Virus record (IMG/VR): IMGVR_UViG_2547132272_000012
Length of the DNA: 18,204 nt
Source of the DNA: a virus
Taxonomy: Duplodnaviria; Heunggongvirae; Uroviricota; Caudoviricetes
Direction: 5' to 3' (one strand)
Below, in pieces: positions 8,279 to 16,839 of this stretch (position 1 is the stretch's first letter; each line of letters starts with the position of its first letter). Position numbers and translations under genes: made by a program. The notes under the pieces were generated by a model that saw nothing but the letters and a program-made list of their open reading frames with translations, had not been told where the DNA came from and did no database searches.

Positions 8279-8899
8279 TCACATTTTCTGATTCGGTACT
8301 TTCGTGGTTCCCCCACTGTCTCCGGGATGGTCGTGTCCATTAAACGTTTCCCGGATCCGGCTCATGCTGCCGGATTTATCCGTCACCTCGCCTTTTGCAT
8401 AAAAATCACTTTTCACCACCACTTCACCTTCAACCATCGTGCGTCCGTTCACGATCAGGTCTTCTGAGATCATGACGTTTCCGTCCAGCACACCATTCCC
8501 GGTAATGGCATAGGTGCCCCCTTCCGCCAGAATAATGGTCAGTGAGTGCGTCTCCCGGTTATAGCAAATTTCCGTGCCATCTCCGTAACGGGTGATGTGC
8601 TCACTGTCGCTGCCCTGCGGAGCCGGTGCCTCACCGGTATTCCAGCCGGGAAAAACACGACCGTTATTCAGCTCCCCGGCCTCTGACAGTACCGTGACCG
8701 CATCGCCCACAGCAAACGGCTCAAAATCTGCCCGGTTTTTCCCGGCAAAACCCTGACACAATGGCAGCCAGGTGGTCACAATATCCCCCAGATCCACGCG
8801 GCATTCCGGAAAACCACCGTCCAGCCGCACCGAGTGGATCACCCCACGCCGGACCATATTTGCCAGGCGACGCTGTAAATCCCCCAGAACCTCATTCAC
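8279..8899 (-). CDS. Baseplate spike/assembly protein V (P2 gpV / Mu gp45-like)
   Basis: C-terminal motif GHDHPGDSGGTT is the gpV spike signature. Start re-assigned to GTG 8899 (GAGGGA 7 nt upstream; N-terminus then MNEVLGDLQRRLANMVRRG...). Confidence 0.8.
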   Translation of the reverse strand: MNEVLGDLQRRLANMVRRGVIHSVRLDGGFPECRVDLGDIVTTWLPLCQGFAGKNRADFEPFAVGDAVTVLSEAGELNNGRVFPGWNTGEAPAPQGSDSEHITRYGDGTEICYNRETHSLTIILAEGGTYAITGNGVLDGNVMISEDLIVNGRTMVEGEVVVKSDFYAKGEVTDKSGSMSRIRETFNGHDHPGDSGGTTKVPNQKM

Positions 8900-9461
8900 G
8901 TGGCTTTCCCTCAAAAATCAGCCGATAATCATCCACATGCTGTCGCCCGATCTCCGGTGCCACGCCCAGCCAGGCCCGCTGTAACGGCAGGTTATCCGTG
9001 GCAAAGGGATCCATACCAAACGTCACCGTCTGGTTAAATGAAATCTGCCAGACCAGATAATCATCCAGACGCGGATCGGTTTCATCTGCGTCCGCTGATA
9101 TAAAAATGGCAGGCTCCACATTTGCCAGTCCGAACGTCTGCCCGTCGAGCCAGTGCGACAACGCGGCGGCCGCCGAACGGATAAAAATATCCGGCTTTAT
9201 CGCCCTGCGTTCTTCTTTTTTTTCTTTATCCGACTCACCGGCACGGTCAACCAGTACCCACAGCGCGGCAGACAACACCACCGTCATCTGCCCGTCTGCA
9301 TTGCTTTTCGCATCCCAGCCATCCACCGCCAGAAACACCGCCGGAGTGACCAGTTGCGTGACCCGTTCCGGATAGGTGTCCGCATCATTGATCCATTTAA
9401 GTTTTTTCAGGGCATCCAGCACAGCAGCGTGCCAGGATGCCATGCATAAGGGTTCAGCCAT
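8892..9461 (-). CDS. Putative tail completion / tail terminator protein (function uncertain)
   Basis: Track ORF 8892..9557; preferred start is ATG 9461 (MAEPLCMASWHAAVLDALKK...) preceded by GAGGA. Position immediately upstream of V matches P2 R/S-type tail completion genes; no motif recognised. Confidence 0.4.
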   Translation of the reverse strand: MAEPLCMASWHAAVLDALKKLKWINDADTYPERVTQLVTPAVFLAVDGWDAKSNADGQMTVVLSAALWVLVDRAGESDKEKKEERRAIKPDIFIRSAAAALSHWLDGQTFGLANVEPAIFISADADETDPRLDDYLVWQISFNQTVTFGMDPFATDNLPLQRAWLGVAPEIGRQHVDDYRLIFEGKPRE

Positions 9462-9475
9462 TGCGTCCTCACATT

Positions 9476-10159
9476 TTATCGGGGGGCCACGGTAATGCCG
9501 TACTTCGCGCGTCGCCGGATGTCCGATTCGAACTCTTTCATAAAAATTTCCAGGCACTCCGCAAAAGCCACATCTTCAACATAATCCATCGTGCTGGCAT
9601 AAATACCAGCTTCAGCCTCCCGGACACGCCCGGTTTCAGGATTTTTGATGATGATTGTTCGTCGGTTCTCTTTGCGACTACGTATCACCAGCCCGTTTTC
9701 ATACGCGGCAGGAGATAAAAACGAACCGTTGGGTTCAAAAACGGGATCGCTGGCTTTGCGGCGACGTCGCCGGACACGGTTCTCTTTGATAAACCGCCCG
9801 GTTACCGGATCACGGAGATCATGACGCCGGACACGTTGCCCACGAATGCGTCCGCGCAAATCTTTTATCTTGATCGCATTAAGGCCAAACCAGAGACGGG
9901 CTTCATCCATAGCATTACCCCGGGTAATGCGGGTGGAAAAAAGCCGCCTGTCCAGTGTGTCCATTTTGCGGGGAGCCAGGCCGGTTTTCAGTTCCGCAAG
10001 CGCCTTCATGCGCATTTTTGATGCCGTTCGCTTCAGTGCGCGGGAATAGGCCAGACGGAACTGGTGCTGCGTTGCACCAGCCTGCGCCGCAATATCCCGC
10101 AATTCTTCGACGTCGATATCAAACAACAGATTTCGCCGGATGCGTGATGCCCGCGCCAT
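9476..10159 (-). CDS. Hypothetical basic (Arg-rich) protein at head-tail junction
   Basis: 227-aa ORF with AAGGAG 7 nt upstream of ATG 10159; very Arg/Lys-rich (RVRRRRRK, RGRIRGQRVRRHDLRD). No family recognised; maybe a virion morphogenesis or neck protein. Confidence 0.5.
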   Translation of the reverse strand: MARASRIRRNLLFDIDVEELRDIAAQAGATQHQFRLAYSRALKRTASKMRMKALAELKTGLAPRKMDTLDRRLFSTRITRGNAMDEARLWFGLNAIKIKDLRGRIRGQRVRRHDLRDPVTGRFIKENRVRRRRRKASDPVFEPNGSFLSPAAYENGLVIRSRKENRRTIIIKNPETGRVREAEAGIYASTMDYVEDVAFAECLEIFMKEFESDIRRRAKYGITVAPR

Positions 10160-10180
10160 TGCGATATCTCCTTATGAAGT

Positions 10181-10537
10181 TTATTTTTTACTCCATTCGA
10201 TGGTCGGTAATGACGTCCCCCGTCCACGCCCGAGCGTTACGCGTGTACGCCCCATTTCATCCGCACCAATATGCGTGACGCGGTAAAATTCGTGGTTCAG
10301 CTCCACTGTGCAGTTTGTGCTGAGCCCCTTAATATCCTCTGTCAGTGCGCTGAATGCCGGAGCCTGATCGTTAATTTCTCCACCACCCGGAACACGAACC
10401 GGCGCATCCGGAGATTCAAAAATCACCATAACAGGGCGACGCTCGCTGCCAATAGACAGTATCGCCGGACACTCCTCGGAAAAAAGCCGGGAAATGCGGG
10501 CATCTGCCCGCATCAGCCGTTTATGAAATCGATGCAT
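10181..10537 (-). CDS. Putative head-tail joining / head completion protein
   Basis: Track ORF 10181..10558 begins with TTG; I prefer ATG 10537 (ATGA overlap with upstream stop), giving about 118 aa. Size and position are consistent with a lambda FII-like connector; assignment is positional only. Confidence 0.4.
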   Translation of the reverse strand: MHRFHKRLMRADARISRLFSEECPAILSIGSERRPVMVIFESPDAPVRVPGGGEINDQAPAFSALTEDIKGLSTNCTVELNHEFYRVTHIGADEMGRTRVTLGRGRGTSLPTIEWSKK

Positions 10538-10866
10538 CAGTACCCCAGACGCACACAAACACAGGCATCTCCGGCTTCAGCCGATGCCCATACTGTTCCC
10601 ACCAGCGTATTACCTGATTTCGTTGCGGTCAGTGTTGCCGTATCCGCTTTGAAATACACCAGCTTGCCTTGCGTTAGCGCCTCTGCCTCTTTAGGTAAAG
10701 AGAAAACCCCCACCGTATGCAGAATGCCCACATCCCCGTCCGGAATATCAGCGTGAGCAACACCAACAAGATTATCCTGAACAACCAGATCGCCAGATGA
10801 CACCGCCTTCCCGGTCCCGTTCACCCAGTCGACGTTTTTTCCGTCCTGAACAAAATTTTTTGACAT
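10537..10866 (-). CDS. Putative head decoration protein (lambda gpD-like)
   Basis: Preferred start ATG 10866 (MSKNFVQDG...; GGAGA 6 nt upstream) rather than 10911, which abuts the terminator T-run. About 109 aa (lambda gpD is about 110 aa) with DGDVGILHTVGV resembling the DGAAVGILAV region of lambda gpD. Confidence 0.45.
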   Translation of the reverse strand: MSKNFVQDGKNVDWVNGTGKAVSSGDLVVQDNLVGVAHADIPDGDVGILHTVGVFSLPKEAEALTQGKLVYFKADTATLTATKSGNTLVGTVWASAEAGDACVCVRLGY

Positions 10867-10883
10867 TTTTTTCTCCGGTAAAT

Positions 10884-10936
10884 GCGGCGCAAAGTGCGCC
10901 GCTTCAGCCATAAAAAAAACCGCCCTGTCCGGCGGT
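10884..10936 (-). terminator. Intrinsic terminator after major capsid gene, plus a second perfect stem-loop
   Basis: Minus strand: capsid stop, then ACCGCC-GGACAG-GGCGGT hairpin (10919-10936) followed by T8 (10912-10919); then a perfect 7-bp inverted repeat GCGGCGC-ACTTT-GCGCCGC (10884-10902) before the downstream RBS. Confidence 0.65.
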
Positions 10937-10939
10937 TAT

Positions 10940-13030
10940 TTATTGTTTTTTCACTTTGACCATGCCACGCCAGTCAAGCGGTGCCACTCCGGCATCAATG
11001 CGCACCTTGAATGCTGCACCATCAACCGTAAAGCCCTGTTGCTGCTCCAGATACGGCGTATCAATACCGTCGAGGTAAGCCACTTCAATCGTGTCACGCC
11101 CCTGCGCTGCCACCAGGTAATAATCCGTCGGGCTGCTGTCATCAAGGCGGGCCTCTGACAGAACCGTGGCAAAATTCTGAATCGGGTTAATAATGCCGCT
11201 GTTCGCATCTGCACCGGGCACGCTGGCAGACTTAATCAACTGATTGGCACGCGACTCAATGGCAACAGGCGTCAACATAAAAGCAGGACGAATGTTCAGG
11301 CGGCGGTCACCCGATTTCTGGAGCAGCATGGCTTTACGCCCGGAATCCAGCCCCTCAATAGACAAATCTGCAGTCACCAGGTTGCCATGATCTGCATGGA
11401 ACAGCGGTTTGCCATCCGACATTTTCGGATTGCTGGTCAGCACGGCCCAGACCAGATCACCCACGGTAGTCCGCGCTGCCGCCCCCATTGCCATCGGAAT
11501 ACGGGTCAGCATATCCAGGTCATCATTGATGATGGTCTGGCGATCAATGCTGAACAATTCGCCATAAGTCGCCAGTGCAATCGGTTCGCCACGATCTTTC
11601 AGGGTCACATATTTATATTCAGCCCCCGGCAATACTTTTCGTAGCGTCGGGAAAGTTTCCAGCCCGACACGATGCGCGGTTTTAAAATCAGTCAGCGTTC
11701 CCTTGCGGGTCCATTTGTCAAAATTTTCGCTGGCATCATCCCAGCCCTGCAACGCAGCTTTATGAGCCACATCCATCAGGATATTGCCGAAATCGCTGCT
11801 GCTGTGAGTAAATGCCAGCCCCACCATCGCCATCGGTGCGGAATGACCGGAGATACCGATACCGCGATCAACCAGCGAAGCACGCGCCAGCTCGCGCAGT
11901 GTAAAACCGTTATAAGCATTATCTTTTTCTGCTTCGGCATATCCGGCGCGTGCCATCACAGCCGCACGAATGGAATCGCCGACCAGATTACCGTTCCCGG
12001 CATGAATATGAACAGCGCCCGGGCCTGCACTTGGTGTCGTTCCGGCTGCCAGCGCCTGCAACAGTTTTTCACGGGCCTGTGCTTCCGTACAGGTCATGTC
12101 GTTCAGACACTCCGCTTTCAGTGCGGCATAAGACGGGAAAGAGGCAAAAACTGCGGTTACAGCCTGCACACGTTCCGCATTGGCTGCCATCAGTTGTTGC
12201 TGAACCTGCGAAGCAATTGCGCTGATATCCACATTTCCGGTTGATGGTGCCTGCTGAGCAGCGATCTGTTGCGCATTTTGCGGGGTTGCTTTCGGCTCCT
12301 GCGGCTGTCCGTTTGTCGTTTCTGCACGTGGAGCAAAAAGCGCGTTAATCTGTTCTGGCATATTATGGTAATCCTTCAGTTTATTTTGGTTCACACAGGC
12401 CGCAGCCTGTAATTCAGGTTCAAGCGTATCAGCGAAGCCTTTTTCCACGGCTTCAGCACCGTTCAGCCAGGTTTCTGCTTTCAGCATGGCTTCCAGCTCC
12501 TCCTGCCCGAGTCCGGTTTTATTCATGTAGGCTGACAGCATCAGCGCCTCGTTGCGATCCAGCCAGTCAGCATAATCACGCATATCATCGGAATCACCGG
12601 CGATCCCGCCCCACGGCTTGTGCACCATCAGCCAGGAATTTTCAGGCATATGCACTGTGGCGCCTGGCAGGCAGACAATCATGGAGGCCATGCTGGCTGC
12701 AACACCATCCACCCAGATATCCACCTTCGCTTTCAGCCGTGACAGCGTGTTAAAGATGGCAAACCCCTGCATCACATCACCGCCCGGGCTGTGGATATGC
12801 AGATCAATAGCGCTGGCCTCAAACACCCCCGCATCCTTACAGTCAGCAATAAACTGCTGCGCGGTGATGCCCCATCCGCCAATCACGTCATAGAGGTAAA
12901 TTTCCACCCGCCCGGCAGTCTGTGCACGGATTTCATACCAGCACTGACCATTAGCGGCATCCACCCCCGCAAGGCTGGCGCGGGGATTAATCATCGTCCC
13001 GCGAAGACGCGGGTTTATCATTTGCTGCAT
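10940..13030 (-). CDS. Fused prohead protease (ClpP/S49-like) - scaffold - major capsid polyprotein
   Basis: 696-aa ORF. N-terminus (HIHSPGGDVMQGFAIFNTL...DIWVDGVAASMASMIVCLPG...HMPENSWLMVHKPWGG) looks like a ClpP/S49 serine protease fold; the middle is Ala/Gln-rich; the C-terminal ~300 aa is capsid-like. ATG 13030 has AAGGAG 9 nt upstream and overlaps the portal 3' end by 44 nt. Confidence 0.8.
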   Translation of the reverse strand: MQQMINPRLRGTMINPRASLAGVDAANGQCWYEIRAQTAGRVEIYLYDVIGGWGITAQQFIADCKDAGVFEASAIDLHIHSPGGDVMQGFAIFNTLSRLKAKVDIWVDGVAASMASMIVCLPGATVHMPENSWLMVHKPWGGIAGDSDDMRDYADWLDRNEALMLSAYMNKTGLGQEELEAMLKAETWLNGAEAVEKGFADTLEPELQAAACVNQNKLKDYHNMPEQINALFAPRAETTNGQPQEPKATPQNAQQIAAQQAPSTGNVDISAIASQVQQQLMAANAERVQAVTAVFASFPSYAALKAECLNDMTCTEAQAREKLLQALAAGTTPSAGPGAVHIHAGNGNLVGDSIRAAVMARAGYAEAEKDNAYNGFTLRELARASLVDRGIGISGHSAPMAMVGLAFTHSSSDFGNILMDVAHKAALQGWDDASENFDKWTRKGTLTDFKTAHRVGLETFPTLRKVLPGAEYKYVTLKDRGEPIALATYGELFSIDRQTIINDDLDMLTRIPMAMGAAARTTVGDLVWAVLTSNPKMSDGKPLFHADHGNLVTADLSIEGLDSGRKAMLLQKSGDRRLNIRPAFMLTPVAIESRANQLIKSASVPGADANSGIINPIQNFATVLSEARLDDSSPTDYYLVAAQGRDTIEVAYLDGIDTPYLEQQQGFTVDGAAFKVRIDAGVAPLDWRGMVKVKKQ

Positions 13031-14498
13031 CAGGGATCACTCCTTTATCGTTAGCGGCGTCAGAATCGAACACCAGCCCGTTTTCCCGGTTAAATTCAGT
13101 TTCACGCAGTCGCTGACGTTTGACCTCCTGCGGTGACTGCCCACGGGCACGTATCCACTCGGCCTCCGTCCCGGCACCACCGCGAAGAATGGCCCGCCAT
13201 GCTGCAGCCTCCTTCACCGGATCAATCCACGGCATCACCGGGCCAAGATAAGTGGCATTGAAAAGCGTGGACATATCCACATCAGGAGGAATTTCAAGAA
13301 AAGGTATCGCCTGCTCCAGCCATGCCCGGTACACCGGGCGGCTGTACTGACCGACAAACCACTGCTGTAAAACCCCGTAGCCTTCGTAACCTTCCACCAG
13401 CTCCTGACGCTGCGAACTGTAGGAGCCGTTATAGTCACGGGCAATACTGGAATAACTGCCACGGGTTCCGGCAGCCACAGCACGCAACTGCCCGTTCCGG
13501 AATTCATAAAGATGAACATTCGGACGATTCGACTCCACCATCCCCAGATCTTCACCGGGGGCCAGTTCGTCAAAAATCATGCCCGGCGAAATATCAAAGT
13601 ACCGGGGTTTTTGTTCTGTGGGTGTCCAGTCGTTATCCGTCGGAAAGCTGGCGGCATCACCACGCTTAATGTAGAAACCCAGCGCGGCAGCAATACGGGC
13701 AGCCACACGCTCTGATTCTTCATAATCTTTCAGATCAGCAATCCGGCGAATCACACCATGTAACAGGCTGACACCTCTCACCTGATGAAGCCGTTTCCGC
13801 ATCGCCAGATGAAGCATGTTGTCTGCGTGAACAGTTTTGAGATCGGCGCTGAATCCACGCATATTTGCAGGATGGTATTTATAAACCCGATACCCTACAG
13901 GCCGCCCCCAGTTGTTAAGAATAATGCCCTGGCGGACTTGCTGACCCGCGTTCGTGTTCAGACTGACCGGAACAAAATCTGCTTCGAGAAGTTCCAGTGA
14001 TAATGGCACCACAGTGGAATGATTCAGACCGGCGACAGGACCACGCACCAGTTGTACGAACATCTCGCCATCACGCAAAGCAGATCGCAATGCCATCCGT
14101 TCGGCCTCCGGGCGGGTGAACATCCCCGTGACCTCAGGGCGAACAGACCATTCAGACCACAATGCCGAGATCTGCTCTGCCAGCGATTCATGCAGGGTGC
14201 CATCGCTTCTCAGTGGTTGTGGTTCGACCTGGATCCCCTGCGCACCAATAACCCGCTCTTCCAGCTTATCCAGCAGACCAATCACGATATCGTGATCTTC
14301 ATCCAGCGCCCTGGCCTGCTCCCTTAACGAGGTACCGGCAGAAAAAACCGCTGTATCGGCAGAACGGCTCTCGCGCCGCGCCTTATTCAGGCGTGAAGGC
14401 TGCGCCGCCTCATAAGCTCTCAGCAGTATTTTGTTTCTGGCGCGCGAAACTGCCCACCCTGGCGCAATTGCGCCAAGTGCTTTATCAAAAAAACCCAT
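12987..14498 (-). CDS. Portal protein (lambda gpB family)
   Basis: 503-aa ORF directly after gpW-like and terL; ATG 14498 with GAGG 7 nt upstream; size and order match the lambda A-W-B arrangement. Confidence 0.8.
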   Translation of the reverse strand: MGFFDKALGAIAPGWAVSRARNKILLRAYEAAQPSRLNKARRESRSADTAVFSAGTSLREQARALDEDHDIVIGLLDKLEERVIGAQGIQVEPQPLRSDGTLHESLAEQISALWSEWSVRPEVTGMFTRPEAERMALRSALRDGEMFVQLVRGPVAGLNHSTVVPLSLELLEADFVPVSLNTNAGQQVRQGIILNNWGRPVGYRVYKYHPANMRGFSADLKTVHADNMLHLAMRKRLHQVRGVSLLHGVIRRIADLKDYEESERVAARIAAALGFYIKRGDAASFPTDNDWTPTEQKPRYFDISPGMIFDELAPGEDLGMVESNRPNVHLYEFRNGQLRAVAAGTRGSYSSIARDYNGSYSSQRQELVEGYEGYGVLQQWFVGQYSRPVYRAWLEQAIPFLEIPPDVDMSTLFNATYLGPVMPWIDPVKEAAAWRAILRGGAGTEAEWIRARGQSPQEVKRQRLRETEFNRENGLVFDSDAANDKGVIPDAANDKPASSRDDD

Positions 14499-14506
14499 AA
14501 AAAACC

Positions 14507-14731
14507 TCAGGAGAAACGGGCGAGTTTGTACGGTTTCCTTGTGGGCTGGCAGGCCGCCGCCCAGCGTTTTTCCCAGTATTCAAGCTCCCTGCGTAATGCA
14601 ACAGGATCATGGTTGGTGATCGCCCTGCCATTCACCCCGGTAAAAGACACACTTTTACCATCCAGGGAATCCCTGTATGCCTGTCGCACGATAACCAGCA
14701 TCTGGAAAATCTCATCTTTTTTCACAACCAT
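14507..14731 (-). CDS. Head-tail joining protein (lambda gpW-like)
   Basis: 74-aa ORF between terL and portal, exactly where lambda W sits; central DGKSVSFTGVNGRAIT resembles the lambda W core. Start ambiguous: ATG 14731 overlaps terL by 10 nt with zero-spacer GGAGG; ATG 14701 is the alternative. Confidence 0.5.
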   Translation of the reverse strand: MVVKKDEIFQMLVIVRQAYRDSLDGKSVSFTGVNGRAITNHDPVALRRELEYWEKRWAAACQPTRKPYKLARFS

Positions 14732-16839
14732 CCTCCGTTTCGGGGTAGTGATAACCAGTTTCCGGATAACGCTTCCGGCGACGCTGCTTTTTGCCGCTCA
14801 TCTCTTCCGACAACGTTTTTCTTGTCCACTGTGTCGGAAGAACGTCTGTCTGCCGAAGTCCCCGCGTCAGCATCCTGCCCTCTTGCCCACTGGGGAGGGT
14901 TGCTCCAGTCACGGATTTTTTCATAGCCACGCAGAATGGCGACGGCATGGGCATAGCAAAAAAGGTCAAACGCTTCGTTATTCCCTTTTCCCGGCTTGCG
15001 CCATTTCCCGTCAGCACCACGTTCCTCATAGGTCAACTCTTCATAAAACCACTCCCCTAGCCAGTCAGGAAAATGAATGTAGCCCGGTCCGGGCATTTCA
15101 CGTTGCAGGTTATTGCTTAGTTGATCTTTCAGCAGATCTGTCTGCAGGAGATATACCGGCACCTTCCCCTGAGCATCCGCACGGCGATCGCTTCGCCCGG
15201 TATTATCCGGGTGTGTGATGGTAATAATTTTCTGGCGTTTCGTGCTGTCTCCCTTTACCAGAAAAACCCGTCGCCCCAGTCCATCCTGACGACATTTTCG
15301 CCAGAATTTATAGGCGTTATCCGTCACCCCGTCCTCACCACCACTGTCCACCGCCATTGCCAGTACAGGCATTCTGCGGGCCGGATCGGACTGGAGCGGA
15401 TACGTTTTCTCCAGTACATCGGTGACCAGCAACTGCCAGTCTTCAGGGTAAGCTCCGGGATGCACAGGTAATGCTTCGCCATTTTCATCGCAACGCAATG
15501 ACTGTCGGATGTTATAACGGTCCACCAGCCAGCGTTCGCCGTCCTCGCCATAGCCAATAATCTGCACCACAAACCGTCGGTTCTTCCCGCCCTGCACGTC
15601 CACAGCCGCAATAAGAAAACGCACTTTCGGCGGTACCAGGCGCTTACCGTAATCCTCAGCCCGCTGCATCAGAACATCTGCACTGCGCAACTCCATGGCG
15701 GAACGAGGCAAATAAGGCAATCCCCAGTCGGTGTTAATCACCGCCTTCAGTGTTTCCTCACTGCCTGTGGCTTCATATTCCTGCTCAGCAGTCAGTAGTT
15801 TGTAAACCAGTTGCGCCCAGGTCTGATAGGCTGCAGCGGGGCCTTCCATCCAGAAGCTGGCTATCCTTGAATGACGTGGCGTTCCGGTAACATTCCCTTC
15901 TCTGTCAATCTGCTCACCTTCACGCAACCAGACGCCGCGACCATTCAGTTCACGTTTCATGTCTGCGGTGATTCGGTTGCCACAATGAGGGCATAATATA
16001 TGAGCCGCTTCACTGGCTTTTACAGGATCAGGATTGTCACGATACCCCGTCATAGCCTCCATCGATGGCTGGAAATAATCACCGCAATCCGGACAAGGCC
16101 AGTACCAGCGACGACGATCGCCACGGTTATACAGAGAAAGGATCCCCGTGGTGGGCGGGGCTTCATGCGGTGACGTTCTGCGCCATTTGCTGTTTGTGAT
16201 TTCACGCCCGGGAGAACTCTCCACCAGCGTCATACCAGCTGACATAAATGTGGTGGTACGTTTTGAAGCCAGGGAGAAACCATCACCTTCGCCATCGATA
16301 TCTTCAGGAAATCGGTCGTAATCAGTCAGCGCCACACATTTAAAATCAGAGGATGACATGACATTGATGGAGGGCCAGCCGATTTTCAGAAAGCTGCCTG
16401 ACAGAAAATATTTGTCATGAACGTTGTTATCGTTGCGGCGTGGACTGAGGCGTTTTCTGACCTCCGGACTGCAACGAAATGTTCTTGCCAGGCGCTTTTT
16501 GGAGTGCTCCTGCGCCTTATCCTGCGTCATCTGCACCAGCAAAAAGTCTGACGGATCGCAAACAATGTTATAAACCACCCAGCCATCAATCAGGCCGTTA
16601 GTCTTGCCCGTACGGGCAGGGCCAACAAAAACAACCGCATCAAACTCACGGGACGACAGGCAGTTCATGGGTTCAATCACATACGGTGCAACCAGCGGAT
16701 CCCACGGAACAGAGTTGCCACCAGATGTAGGGACTCGCATAAATTTTTGTACCGCTTCGGCAACAGGCATCCTGCGCGGCGCTTTAATTAACTGGCCCGT
16801 ATCCAGTTTCAACGATCTGGCGGTCGCCTGCACAGGCAT
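14722..16839 (-). CDS. Terminase large subunit (lambda gpA family)
   Basis: 705-aa ORF with ATPase P-loop-like VGPARTGKT, an acidic block TDYDRFPEDIDGEGDG resembling lambda YDELAAFDDDIEQEG, and a Cys/His cluster WPCPDCG...CPHCG; ATGA overlap with terS. Confidence 0.9.
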   Translation of the reverse strand: MPVQATARSLKLDTGQLIKAPRRMPVAEAVQKFMRVPTSGGNSVPWDPLVAPYVIEPMNCLSSREFDAVVFVGPARTGKTNGLIDGWVVYNIVCDPSDFLLVQMTQDKAQEHSKKRLARTFRCSPEVRKRLSPRRNDNNVHDKYFLSGSFLKIGWPSINVMSSSDFKCVALTDYDRFPEDIDGEGDGFSLASKRTTTFMSAGMTLVESSPGREITNSKWRRTSPHEAPPTTGILSLYNRGDRRRWYWPCPDCGDYFQPSMEAMTGYRDNPDPVKASEAAHILCPHCGNRITADMKRELNGRGVWLREGEQIDREGNVTGTPRHSRIASFWMEGPAAAYQTWAQLVYKLLTAEQEYEATGSEETLKAVINTDWGLPYLPRSAMELRSADVLMQRAEDYGKRLVPPKVRFLIAAVDVQGGKNRRFVVQIIGYGEDGERWLVDRYNIRQSLRCDENGEALPVHPGAYPEDWQLLVTDVLEKTYPLQSDPARRMPVLAMAVDSGGEDGVTDNAYKFWRKCRQDGLGRRVFLVKGDSTKRQKIITITHPDNTGRSDRRADAQGKVPVYLLQTDLLKDQLSNNLQREMPGPGYIHFPDWLGEWFYEELTYEERGADGKWRKPGKGNNEAFDLFCYAHAVAILRGYEKIRDWSNPPQWARGQDADAGTSADRRSSDTVDKKNVVGRDERQKAASPEALSGNWLSLPRNGGWL

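Noticed and set aside
8241-8282. N-terminal 14 codons of the sheath ORF as given in the track (start 8282)
   Set aside because: This extension would cover the hairpin and T-run, while the internal ATG at 8240 has a proper RBS and gives an N-terminus resembling sheath proteins.
9462-9557. N-terminal 32 codons of track ORF 8892..9557
   Set aside because: They overlap the 3' end of the upstream gene in another frame; ATG 9461 with a GAGGA RBS is the more plausible start.
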